A stretch of DNA of 64,000 nucleotides from the human T2T-CHM13v2.0 reference genome, Homo sapiens: NCBI RefSeq assembly GCF_009914755.1, contig NC_060926.1. One strand, 5' to 3'. Of the stretch, positions 48,875 to 64,000 are shown piece by piece; the stretch's first letter is position 1; each line of letters begins with the position of its first letter. Below the pieces are notes generated by a model. The model was not told the origin of the DNA and did not search any database. It saw only the letters and a list, made by a program, of their open reading frames with translations. Made by a program: the position numbers and the translations under genes.

Positions 48875-49189
48875 TTTTGTTTTGTTTTGTTTTTTCTTTT
48901 CTCTTGAGATGGAGTCTCCCTCTGTTGCCCAGACTGCAGTGCAGTGGCACAATCTCAGCTCACTGCAACCTCCACCTCATGGGTTCAAGCAGTTCCCCCA
49001 CCTCAGTCTCCTGAGTAGCTGAGACCACAGGTGCCCGCCATCATGCCCAGCTAATTTTTGAATTTTTTTAGTAGAGACGGGGTTTCGCCATGTTGGCCAG
49101 GATGGTTTCAAACTCCTGACCTCAAGTGATCTGCCCACCTTGGCCTCCCAAAGTGCTGGGATTACAGACGTGAGCCACCACTTCTGGCC
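48875..49189 (-). mobile_element. AluS
   Basis: Antisense dimer. Confidence 0.88.
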
Positions 49190-49708
49190 AATGGTTTTTT
49201 TTTTTTCTTGTGGTATTTCTAGCTGCCTTTTTTTTTTTTTTTTTGCACCTCTTGTGTCATTTGCCTTTATAATATATTCAACCTTTTTTCAGTTACTTCA
49301 TTTTATTACTTAAAACCATTCCCCTCCTCCATGTACACTTTTTTCACTGGTGACTTTCCTCCTGCGGCGTCACCTTCTCCTCCAATCTCTACTGGTTACT
49401 CTTTCATCTTGCCTCATAGCAAGTCACATTGCAACTTCCCTTTCCTGTTTTTTGGGTTTGTTTCACTGTTTTCTGGATCACTGGTCTTCCCCTTTCTTCA
49501 TTTTCTCCTTGTTTTGCTGCAGAATATTTTTAAGCAATTTCCCAAAAATGGGCACATGGGAGGTAATTGCTTCAAGTCCTTGCATGTGTGGAAAAGTGTC
49601 TTTATTCCACCTTCACACTTAATTGTGCTTGCCTGGCCACACTATTGCAGTTCATAATCATGTTACCAATAACAGTAGCTATTTCCTCGTTGTGTTTTAG
49701 TACCTTTT

Positions 49709-50112
49709 TGTCTTAGTCCGATTGTGCTGTTATAACAAAATATCATAGACTGGGTAATTTATAAAGAACAGAAATGTACTTTCTCACAGTTCTAAAGGCT
49801 GGAAGTCCACAGTCAGGGTGCTGGCAGGTTCAGTTGTCTGGTGAGGGCTGTCCTCTGTTTCCAAGATGACTCTTATTGCTGCATCCTCCAGTGGGAAGGA
49901 ACGCTGTGTCCTCTCATGGCAGAAGACAGAAGGGCAAGAGAGCTGAAAGCTGCCTGAAGCCTGTTTTATAACGGCCTTCATCCCATTTGTGAGGGAGAAG
50001 CCCTCATGGTCTAACCACCTCTTAAAAACCCCACCTCTTAAGAGTATCACATTGACCAACAAGGTTTAATCTAACATCTGAATTTTGGAGGGGACACATT
50101 CAAACCATAGCA
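49709..50112 (-). mobile_element. MST (MSTD-like) MaLR LTR
   Basis: TGTCTTAGTCC...CATAGACTGGGTAATTTATAAAGAACAGAAAT...CACATTCAAACCATAGCA. Confidence 0.8.
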
Positions 50113-51069
50113 CAGTGTTGCTGATGAGAAGTCCAATGTCAGTCTGACTCTTGTTCTTTGTAACATGGAAGATAAATTGTTCCAATTGCACTGCTGTCAA
50201 GTTAAATCCTAACAACCCATTTCCCATTTCTAAAATTGAGACTCACAGGTCACACTGTGCTTTTAGTGCTAACTAATGACATATCAGAGTCTGGCTCTGA
50301 AAATACAGAACTTCATAATTTAAAAAAATGTCTAATAAAGAGGTGAAAAAGATATTTCTTCTCCATAGCAACTAGAGAGAGGGAGAGAAAGAGATCGTTT
50401 CATAGCTTAAAACTTTGTAAAAGAATCTGATGAGGTAAGATGTTAAATGTGAACTCTCACAAGACATCAGTCTTATTTCCAGTGTGATATAAAGTCTTGC
50501 ACAAATATTCCCAACTTCTACCCGCTTTTTCTGTTTTAAGTAAATTTATCATTGAAATTATTATTGAACAAAGAAGTCCTGTAGATGCTAGAAATTTTAG
50601 AAATTGTTGCCATATAGCGTAAGCATGACCTTCAACAACATTAGTAATTCTGGCTCATAGTCTTACTTGTTGGTTTGTTGCCTTGGTGATAATGTAGTTG
50701 ATGCCTATGTTCCCAGTGATATAAACATTAACAGGGTTTCTCAGTCAAATCAAAAAGAGGATTGGCTTTCTCTCCTTTTTCCTATTTGCATAATGGACAA
50801 ATAAAAGTCTATTCTGCTAGAGTCTTCAACACAAAAAAAAGTTTAAGGTCTTGTCCTAGTTACATCTCCACAGAGATACCAGTTGCTTCAGCATTGTGAC
50901 TTCTCAAACTAAGTGTTGGTTTTACAAGATGTTTTATTTAGGATACCTGAGCACTATTCACAACATGGTACCTTTTCAGTATTATTTGCAACATGTATTG
51001 TTTAGATGCCCTTAAGGAAACTTTGGAAGGGGGAAGGAATATTTGATATCAGTGTAAAAGGCAAAGGGG

Positions 51070-51399
<330 letters not shown>

Positions 51400-52789
51400 T
51401 TACAAAAATTCAAAACCAAAAACATTTTCTATATTACCGTAGTATTAAATCTTTACTAAATGTATTATTGTATAGAGTAACCAGCTCCACAACATAGACT
51501 AGTAGAAAAAAATAATGCTGTGGAAAGAAACCTTTTTCAGGTCCATATGAGCCTTTATATCATCATTGAAAGTGATCTAATAGACAGTAGATAAACAGAA
51601 TGGAATAGAGTCCAGGCATAGACCCGTACACAGAGGATTACTTAATTTATCACAAAGATGCCAATGAAATTCAGTGTGGAAAGGAAGGGCTTTTCAATAA
51701 ATGGTGTTGGTTCAAAGGATATTTGCATTTGAAAATTGGATAAATGTTATCAAATTATTCCTTAGAAAGCTTATACTAATTTATAGTCTCACCAACTTGA
51801 TTGAAAAGTGTTCTGTGGTCTATTCATGTAAATGTTCAAAGATGTTTGCAAAGAATGGATATTTTGTTTATTGGGCACAAAGTCCTCTTTCTATGTGTGT
51901 GTATAATGCATTGTATTTATTATTCAAGCAACAAGTGTTTATTGAATGCCTCTGTACATGCTAGGTACTGTTCTAGGCCCCAGGGATTTGGCCGAAGGCA
52001 AAGTAACCTACTTTCTTGGAGCTTACATTCTTGTAGGGGAAGACAGATAATAAAGAGACAAAAATAATATAGTTTCACATGGTTGTGTAAGTTGTGTGAG
52101 GGAAAAACCCATCAGTTTAAGAGGATAGAGGGAGACTGGGGTGAGGGCTGTATTTCAGATCCGAGAGTCAGGGAAGGCTTCTCTGCATGTTGAGAAGGAG
52201 GGAGCCACGTGGTCTGAGGGGAAGGCATGTGTCCCAGGCAGAAGCTCAGGGAGTATGTGGGAAAGGGTCAGAGGGAGGCCAGGGTGGCTGGAGAGTGTGG
52301 GAGATGCTCAGAGAGGTAGGTAGGCAGGGGCCATATCACACTGGCCTTATTGACCATAGCATGATGTTTAGGCTTTGTTTCAGTGTAATGGGAAAGCATC
52401 AGAGGCTCCTCAGTCCTGCTGTGGCATGATCTGATTTACGTTAAGAGATAATTTTGTGCTGTGGGGAAATGAATTGGAAGGGGACAAAAGAAGCAAAAAG
52501 ACTGAGTTGCGGCCACGGTGACAGTAGCATGGACTAGGTGGTAGCTGGGGAAGTGGTAAAATGTGACCAAGCTTAGTCTGTATCTGGGTGATATAACGAG
52601 ATGTGCTGATTGTTTGGATGTCAGAAGTGGGGTGGGGCCAAGGGAAAGAGAGGAATCAAAGGTGACTCCTAAGTTTTGAGCCTAGTACCTGGGTCAGTTG
52701 TGGTGCCACCAGCTGAGATAGAGATGACTGGGGAGGAGGGGAGTTGGGGCTGGGGTGCAATGGGAAGAAAAACTTTGGTATGTATTGAC

Positions 52790-53238
52790 GGAAACAACCC
52801 AGTGTGTCCATCAGCAGACAAATGGATAAACAAAATGTGGTATATCCATACAGTGGAATATTATTCATCTATGAAAAGGAATGACAACATACTGATACGT
52901 GCTACCACATTAATGAACCTTGAAAGCATCATACTAAGTGACAAAAACCACACACAAAACACCCCATGTTGTATGATTCCATTTATATGAAATATCCAAA
53001 ATAGGCAAATCTATAGAGATAAAAAAAAAAGCCAGGGGTTCACGTCAGTGAAAGAGTAACTGGGAATGATTGATTAATAAATATGGAGTTCCCATTAGGG
53101 GTGATGAAAAAGTCCTGGACCTAGATAGTGGAGCTGGTTGAACAGCACTGTGAATGTACAAGTGCCATGGAATTGTACACTTTAAAATGGTTACAATGGT
53201 CAATGTTCTGTTCCATGTATTTTACCATAATAAAAAAG
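52790..53238 (+). mobile_element. L1MB-type 3' end inserted in an L2
   Basis: GGATAAACAAAATGTGGTATATCCATACAGTGGAATATTATTCA...GATTCCATTTATATGAAATATCCA. Confidence 0.8.
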
Positions 53239-53435
53239 AATCTGAGACAACAACCAAAAACTTCAGGATGTACGTAGTGAAGCTGAGAGTTTAGTTTAAG
53301 ATATGTTAAATTCGAGATGCTTATCAGATATTCATGTGGATTTGGATAAAGGAATCTGAAGCTTGGGTGAGTTCAGGATGGGAGGAATAAATCTGGGAGT
53401 CATAAACATGGAATGGCACTTAAAGACTGAGGACT

Positions 53436-53735
53436 GGATGGGCATGGTGGCTCATGCCTGTAATCCCAGCACTTTGGGAGGCCGAGGAAGGCAGGCAGAT
53501 CATGAGGTCAGGAGTTCGAGACCAGCCTGGCCAATATGGTGAAACCCTGTCTCTAAGAAAAATACAAAAATCAGACAGGCATAGTTGTGCGTGCCTGCAG
53601 TCCCAGCTACTCAGCAGCTGAGGCAAGAGAATCACTTGAACCTGGGAAGCGGAGGTTGCAGTGAGCCAAGATTGCACCACTGCACTCCAGCCTGGGCGAC
53701 AGAGTGAGACTCCATATACAAAAAAAAAAAAAAAA
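53436..53735 (+). mobile_element. AluS
   Basis: TSD ACTGAGGACT. Confidence 0.88.
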
Positions 53736-54301
53736 GTACTGAGGACTAGTGAGATCCCCTAGGAAGGCAGTGTAGAGAGAGGAGAGGAAGGAGAAAGGGA
53801 AGACTGCGTCCTGGGCTATCTCAACACTAGGAGGTCACAAACAGGAGGAGGCATCAGCAAAGCAGACTGGCCACGCTGGACCCATAAAGTAGCAGGAAAG
53901 TTAGGAGAGCATAGAATCTCCAGAGCGCAGTGCCAAATGTGTCCATTGCTGCCTGGAGGTGGAGTAAGGTGAACATAGTTGGATTTTGCGCAAGTAAGGT
54001 TCCTGCCGTCTATACAAAGTTGTTCAAGGTGGTTAAATGCACTGCTCAAATACGCTTGATGACTTCTTTTGTCTATCAATTTCTGAAATAGATGGATTAC
54101 GGTTTTCCCCCATTATAATAGATTGATTTTAATTTCTTCTTGTATTTCTAACATCTTTGTTTTCTGAATTTTGAAGTTCTATATTGAGTGAATAAAAGTT
54201 CTTGGCTCTCGTGTCTTGTTAGTGAATTGTGACTTTTATCATTTGGAAATAGCCTTCTTTTCTGTTAATATTTTAGGTATCTGTTTTGTAAACAGCATAC
54301 A

Positions 54302-55003
54302 CAGTAGTCCCCACTTAGCAGAGGGGAATAGTTCCAAGGCCCCCAAGTGGATGCTGAAGCCTCGGGTAGTATCAAACCCGATTGCCATCAGTCAGAACAC
54401 ATTTCTTTCCTTGTCTTCCACCCACAAACTTAATGCCATTTCCATCTTAACTAAACACTTAGCATACACCGTGGCTGAGACTTTTGCAGTTTGAGGTGCA
54501 CCAGCAAAATTAGCACAAATTTCTTTTTCTTTCTTCTTAATTTCAGGGATAGAAAATTCATTCTTAAAGTAGATCTTAACAACCTCAGCATACGATGTTT
54601 TTTTCTTCCCTTAAGTTGAGAACTTTCACCTTTTCACTTAAAGGAAGCACTTTACAGCTTCTCTTTGGCATATCCAAATTACCAGCATGACTAGTCTTGT
54701 AAAATAAGGGTTACTTGGACACAAGCACTGTGATACCATGACAGTCAATCCGATAACTGAGAAGGCCAAGTGACTAACGGATGGCTGGTGTCTCCAGCAT
54801 GGATACGCTGGGACAGAGGGGTGGTTCATGCCCCAGGCAGGGCTGAGCAGGGCAATGTGGGATTTCATCATGCTACTCAGAACGGCTCACAACTGAAAAC
54901 TTAAGACTTGTTTATTTCTGAATTTTCCATTTAACATTTTTGGACCATGGTTGACCATGGGTAACTGAAACTGCAGAATTGCTGCAGATAAAAGAGCCTA
55001 CTG
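54302..55003 (+). mobile_element. MER44 (Tigger7-derived) DNA transposon
   Basis: TIRs CAGTAGTCCCC...CTACTG followed by TA; internal AAAGGAAGCACTTTACAGCTTCTCTTTGGCATATCC. Confidence 0.8.
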
Positions 55004-55304
55004 TAACTGCAGTCTTTGTAACCCAAATCAGGACTAAATTTTTAAATAAAGGAGCACAGAACATGCAGCCAATTTTGGATGTGTGGATTTTTATTTTTTC
55101 CCCACTGTCAATGTTGTTGATCTTATTTAACGTCTATCTACCAGACATTTGAAAAATGTTCTGATAATGGACACCCTTTCCTATTTTCCAGAGACTCTAG
55201 CATTTGTGATTTTTAATTCGTGGTTTTAATCCAGGCATTCATGGTTTTAAATTCATTCACATTTATTGGTAGTAGTATGCTTAAATATATTTCTGTTATG
55301 TTGA

Positions 55305-55724
<420 letters not shown>

Positions 55725-55830
55725 AGAGTTATGTATTCTATTTCAATTATTTACATGGTTAACTTAAAATGTTTACTCCCACGATTATATATGGTTTCTA
55801 TGAGCACCTAGAATTAATCTATCTTTATAT

Positions 55831-56627
<797 letters not shown>

Positions 56628-57185
56628 ATATTTTCCTATTAAACAAGAAATTTACACTCTCTGACTTCCTCCTTCCTCCACTGCTACTTCTACAGGGTAA
56701 GCACTTTTACCAGATTAGTTTTATTCTTAGTTAAGTATAAGTTTTACAGTTTTTTTGGGGGGGCGGGGTGGGGCAGGGGGCACTTACCCTTTTACTTGTA
56801 TCCCACATTATATTTTTCTTTGGAGTACTTTTTGTCATTATTGTTTTGTTATAGCTCATTTTGTAATTATTTTGGAGATAGTGTGTTTGTGGCAAAACTT
56901 CTGAGTCCTTGTATGTTCAAACATGTTTTCACATTTGATTGTAAGTTTACCTCCGTATAGACTTCCAATTCAAGACCTGTTTTCCTCTCAGAATTGTGAA
57001 GATAATGTTTTGGCGTCTTCAGCAGCCAGGATTGTTGGTGAGAAAGTCTGATGCCAATCTGCTCATTGTTTATTTATGTGGAATTTTTCAGAACGATTTT
57101 CTTTATCTGTGGGTTTCTTAAATGTTACTAGTACTTGCCAGTGGGCCCCTTTCATCTAAAAGTGTGCTTTCTTCAGCTCTGGTAA

Positions 57186-58195
<1,010 letters not shown>

Positions 58196-58469
58196 CTCAG
58201 TCAACATTCTTGATTATAAGTAACATATACTGGCTCTGGGTAATTTATGCAAGAAATAATTTATTGGCAGGCTTTAGGTAGCTCATGAAATTAACCAGAA
58301 GGCCGAGAATCAGACTTGGAAAACCAGCAGGAACCAAGGAGGCCACAGTCTGGTCAAGTCATTGTTGCCTTGGCTGATATCACCTCAGATTCAGGTCCTG
58401 AGGGGAGCAGCCACGGCTCCAGCTGCCAAACCAGGCTGCAGGTCATCTGCCAGGCAGCCAATGACCACA

Positions 58470-59262
<793 letters not shown>

Positions 59263-60159
59263 ACCACACATGGGCAGGACTTCCCTGCCATGATGCTGAA
59301 GAAAGGCAGGTTTCACACTGGTGGCGGACCCTGCGCATTTTTTGGTTGTAGGGCTGCTTGGCCTCCTCCTAACACTTCCTCTTGTGCATGCGCCTCCCAA
59401 GCCCCACTCGGCACCCCAACAACACTCCCCAGGCCAGACACTACTGATGTTTTCTTTCAGCCAGCTTAGGAGTGGGGGAAGGCCATGGGCCCCATGTGCT
59501 GGCTACAGCTCTTTAATAAATTATACTGTTGGTTGGTCCAGAGCCTTCTTCTGGATTCTTGATTATTGTAAATGTCCTTCTGAGTTTGGAATCTGTCTGG
59601 ATTTGTTATCTTTCCATTATTTTAATTATTTATTTGGTTCATTTTTTGCAGCCAATTTTGTTCTTTTTTTTTTCCCCCTCAATCCCTGGGAGCTCAGAAC
59701 ATGCAGCCAATTTTGGATGTGTGAGGTTTTCTTTTCCCACTCTTGTCAATGTTAATTTTATTTAACTTCTATCTACCAGATATTTCAAAAATGTTCTGAT
59801 AAGGGGCGCCCTTTCCTATTTTCCAGTGCTGAGTGGATCTCATCTTTAAAAACAACACACTCCCCCTTGTTATTGTAAAAAAAATTGGGTGGAAGGAGAT
59901 AGGATCTTATGAGCTCAGCTCACTATCTTAAGCTAATCACTGCTCATTATTTAGACTGGTTGTTCTGTACCTGGGGCTCAGACAGAATGCGAAGGACTGG
60001 AACATCTCAGAAGGGTGGGCCACGTGGTCCTGCTGCAATGGCAGGCAGTGGGAGACATGCAGATGGATGGTGGGTCAGCACCAGGCCAGTCCAGGAGGAG
60101 GCAGAGGTTGGGAGGGTCTGGGTTGGCATCAAAGAAGCCCTTTAACAGAAAGAGAAAAG

Positions 60160-60520
60160 ACAGACCTCATTTCAAATCCTGATTTTGCCCCTTGACAACT
60201 ACGTAATCTTAGGCAAGTTTAGTCTCATTGAGCTTCCGTTTCTTCACTTGCAAAATCAGGATAACACCATCTGTCAGAGCGTTGCTGCAAGGATTAAGGA
60301 GATCATATTGATAAAGTTCTTACAATAGGCTTGGCATGTAATACTACTGGATATTTCCTGAGTATATTTACATGGATTAATCTGGTATAATCCTGATCAT
60401 TAAGCCTATTACACAGATCAGGAAACTGAGGAATAGAGAATTTAAGTAAGCTGCTTAAGGTTATAACCATTAAGTGGCAGAACAGGGATTTGAACCTAGG
60501 CAGCCGGGCTCTGTCATCTT
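60160..60520. mobile_element. Two MIRs in opposite orientation
   Basis: TTCAAATCCTG...CTTAGGCAAGTT (+) and ACAGATCAGGAAACTGAGG...GGGATTTGAACCTAGGCAG (-). Confidence 0.65.
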
Positions 60521-61559
60521 TGCATATAAACACCGTGCCACAGAGCACCCTGTGGGCGAGGACTATGGGGCTGAATGCTCTTCTCTAGCTTTTTAAATTT
60601 CCTGTGCAGTTCTCGGGGTAGGGAGCCAGATTCATTTTATGAATCGGGATGGGATTGAGTCAGCAGGCTGGGATAAGTGGCCCCAGTAACAGGCAAGCTG
60701 CAGCTAGCAAGTCATTATAGGTTATTGTGTCTGTGTTTGTTTATTGGCTTGTTTGCTTTTATGATGTATTTATTTTTGTGGAGGTAACATTCACATAACA
60801 GTAACTGCGCAAATATTAAGTTTGCAGCTCAAAGAATTCTTACATATGTATACACCTGTGTAATCACCATGTAGATCAAGAAATAGAGAGTTTCCAGTCT
60901 CATAGAAGACCCGGCCAAAGGTAACTAGCGTATGAACCTCTACAGGCGAGTGTAGTCTGTTTTTGAATTTCATATAAATGGAACATACAGTTTGTGCTCT
61001 TTCATGTTTGGTTTCTTTTACTCATCCTGTTTGTTATTTTGATAAAAAACAAGATGCATTACAGGCCAGGAACTGGTGAGCAGATGGCCACAAGGAGCAG
61101 ATAGCTAAGATCTCCCAGCATGGCCCCCCAGGGCTCTGGACACAGATATAAACCTTGGTGCAGCCAGCAGTGGGGGATGGAAATGAGGAGAAAAACCAGA
61201 CTGGGTAGGGCCGCCATCTGCTCTGACACACCACTGGGAGGGCTCTCAGGACGCCCTGGGCCCCAGGGGAAAGTGTTCTTGGAAACTTACAGGTGTGCAG
61301 TGAATGTCAGTTCCTTTTCTCTCAGTTCCCCGTGAGTCAGGTTTGAAGATGGGACAACTGCTGAGGTTTGGCTGAGGGTGGCACATTCCTCGCCCTTTTG
61401 CAGCTGTGGTGGAGCGGAAAACTCTGAATTGCTCCACACACTTGGGTGCAAGAGATGTGCACCCCTTTTTCCTGCCTCTGGGATCCCCTCTTCTTTGAGG
61501 AGCAGCGTATCTGTCTCTCCTGTGAAACAGTGGCTTCCATTGCTTTCCTTTCTGGATAA

Positions 61560-61890
<331 letters not shown>

Positions 61891-62441
61891 AAGCCAAGAA
61901 CTTTCAAAAGTCCTGGTTGAACTTTTTCCAGGACAGCTTATAAAACACACAGAAGTTCTGAGAGCTCATTCACTTGAGCATACGAGAGTCTGAAAGCTCA
62001 GAGCAAAAGGCTAGTTTTCTTTCCAGAGAGGAAGCGCAGGGAGAAAGCACCCTCTTCTTCTATCAAATATGTCTCCAATAGAAATAAGAACAGGGCACAA
62101 ATTACCACATCAATAATTTACCCTGCCCCACTGGATCCCCAATCCCTCTGGGACTAACTTAGAGAGCCTAGAAAAATTTCCCTCTCAGCCCGTTTCTTCA
62201 GCTACAAACGGTGCTGATACTGAGCTTACAAAGACATTGTGACTAGGAAATGAAATAGCTATTTGTGAAGCTCAATACTTAGGGTTCTAATAAGTATATT
62301 TTCTTTTCTTTTTTTCTTCATAAGAGGAATTGCCTGCTTTCATGGAATTATAATATCTGAATTGGGTGGCTCAGATTACAGGGGTCTGAGAACAGAACAT
62401 TGTGCTGGGGGGGTGGGGTGGGGGAAGGGGAGAGCAAGTGG

Positions 62442-62568
62442 GGAAGGAGCAGGGTGGGGTTCCCAGAGGCTTGTCTCCCCTTCTCTTTGCGGGGAGGTGA
62501 GGAGCAGGACTGGGGGGATATGGAAGGAGCAGGCTGGGGCTCCCAAAGGCTTGTCTCCCCTTCTCTTT
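62442..62568. repeat. 47-bp direct repeat, period 80
   Basis: 62442-62488 and 62522-62568, 3 mismatches. Confidence 0.85.
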
Positions 62569-62619
62569 ATGGTTCTGAGCAGGTGTCTTAGGTATTGGGA
62601 GGCCCCTTTGTATCTTCAA

Positions 62620-62800
62620 CGGTGGCTCCAAACCTGACTGATCACTAAAATTACGTGGAGAATCTTAAAACATTCCTACCCCAGCCCCTTACAGCCCTTT
62701 CTCTCTGGCTAAGAATCTGATTCAGTAGGGCTGGGTAAGATGAGTGAAAATGCTTATTTTTTAAAAGTCCCCACGTGATTCTGATGACCAGTAAGGTTTG
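62620..62800 (+). mobile_element. MER5A-like hAT element
   Basis: GGTGGCTCCAAACCTG...TCTGATTCAGTAGGGCTGGG...GTCCCCACGTGATTCTGATG. Confidence 0.55.
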
Positions 62801-63092
62801 ATTTATTATTCTAAAATACATAAAATATACGCTATTCTAAAATATATTCCTGCCTGAAAGTCTGATAGTGAAAAATATGTCCATATTATCTCAGTGAGGT
62901 GCATAAAGAGTAGTGCAGGGAAGCCATGAGCTGCCTTGACTTCCCAGAAGGGAAGATACTTCTGTGCCACTATCAAAACCACACGGACATTGTGGCATAC
63001 TTCATAAAGCCTGAGTCCTGATTTCTTTTCTGTGAGAAAATTTTCATCAAGGTAGGGAAGATCAAAGCCTACCAAGTGCCTTGCTCAAGTAA

Positions 63093-63455
<363 letters not shown>

Positions 63456-63609
63456 CGAGGTAGACCTTTAATTAGTAACTTCTTTTTATGTGAAAGTAAA
63501 TCATAATGACCAGAAACACTTGAAACCTTTTTTTCTTCTCTATATTCTCTCTTTTGTTCCAGTTATTGAAAGCATGGGAACCCCTACCTCTCTAAGATGC
63601 AACCTCTGA

Positions 63610-63928
<319 letters not shown>

Positions 63929-64000
63929 TCTCTGAGCATTCTGATGAGAGAAAATATGAGGATAATAGGCCTGAGGACTGTGAACTGGCTGCTGAGAGGG

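Larger units (their letters stand above)
51920..54010 (-). mobile_element. L2 fragments
   Basis: TTCAAGCAACAAGTGTTTATTGAATGCC...TGGAGCTTACATTCT; ATGACTCCTAAGTTTT-like motifs. Confidence 0.65.

Noticed and set aside
56757-56780. G-run cluster with G4 potential
   Set aside because: Isolated within decayed L1-like sequence; no supporting context

Overview
Primate (almost certainly human, chr2q31.1) genomic DNA. It contains the 5' end of GPR155/LYCHOS on the minus strand: a CpG-island promoter and non-coding first exon near 11.5-12.1 kb, and the first coding exon at 6157-6647. The remaining ~52 kb upstream is repeat-dense and has no recognisable protein-coding gene. Repeat family names are from memory of consensus sequences, and many repeat boundaries are approximate. 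I found no prokaryote-style novel system. The most interesting observations are: (1) a spliced 35-codon uORF in frame with GPR155 that stops 6 nt before the main ATG, plus a candidate MIR-derived cassette exon that would convert it into an overlapping uORF; (2) an ~11 kb MER4-type ERV1 provirus (24722-35700, TSD ACCT) holding an RPA3 processed pseudogene, three further LTRs, a 5'-only L1 and a tailless Alu; (3) that provirus appears to split a very decayed Gypsy-type integrase; (4) several local templated duplications, including a 140-bp copy ending exactly at a 3' splice-site motif.
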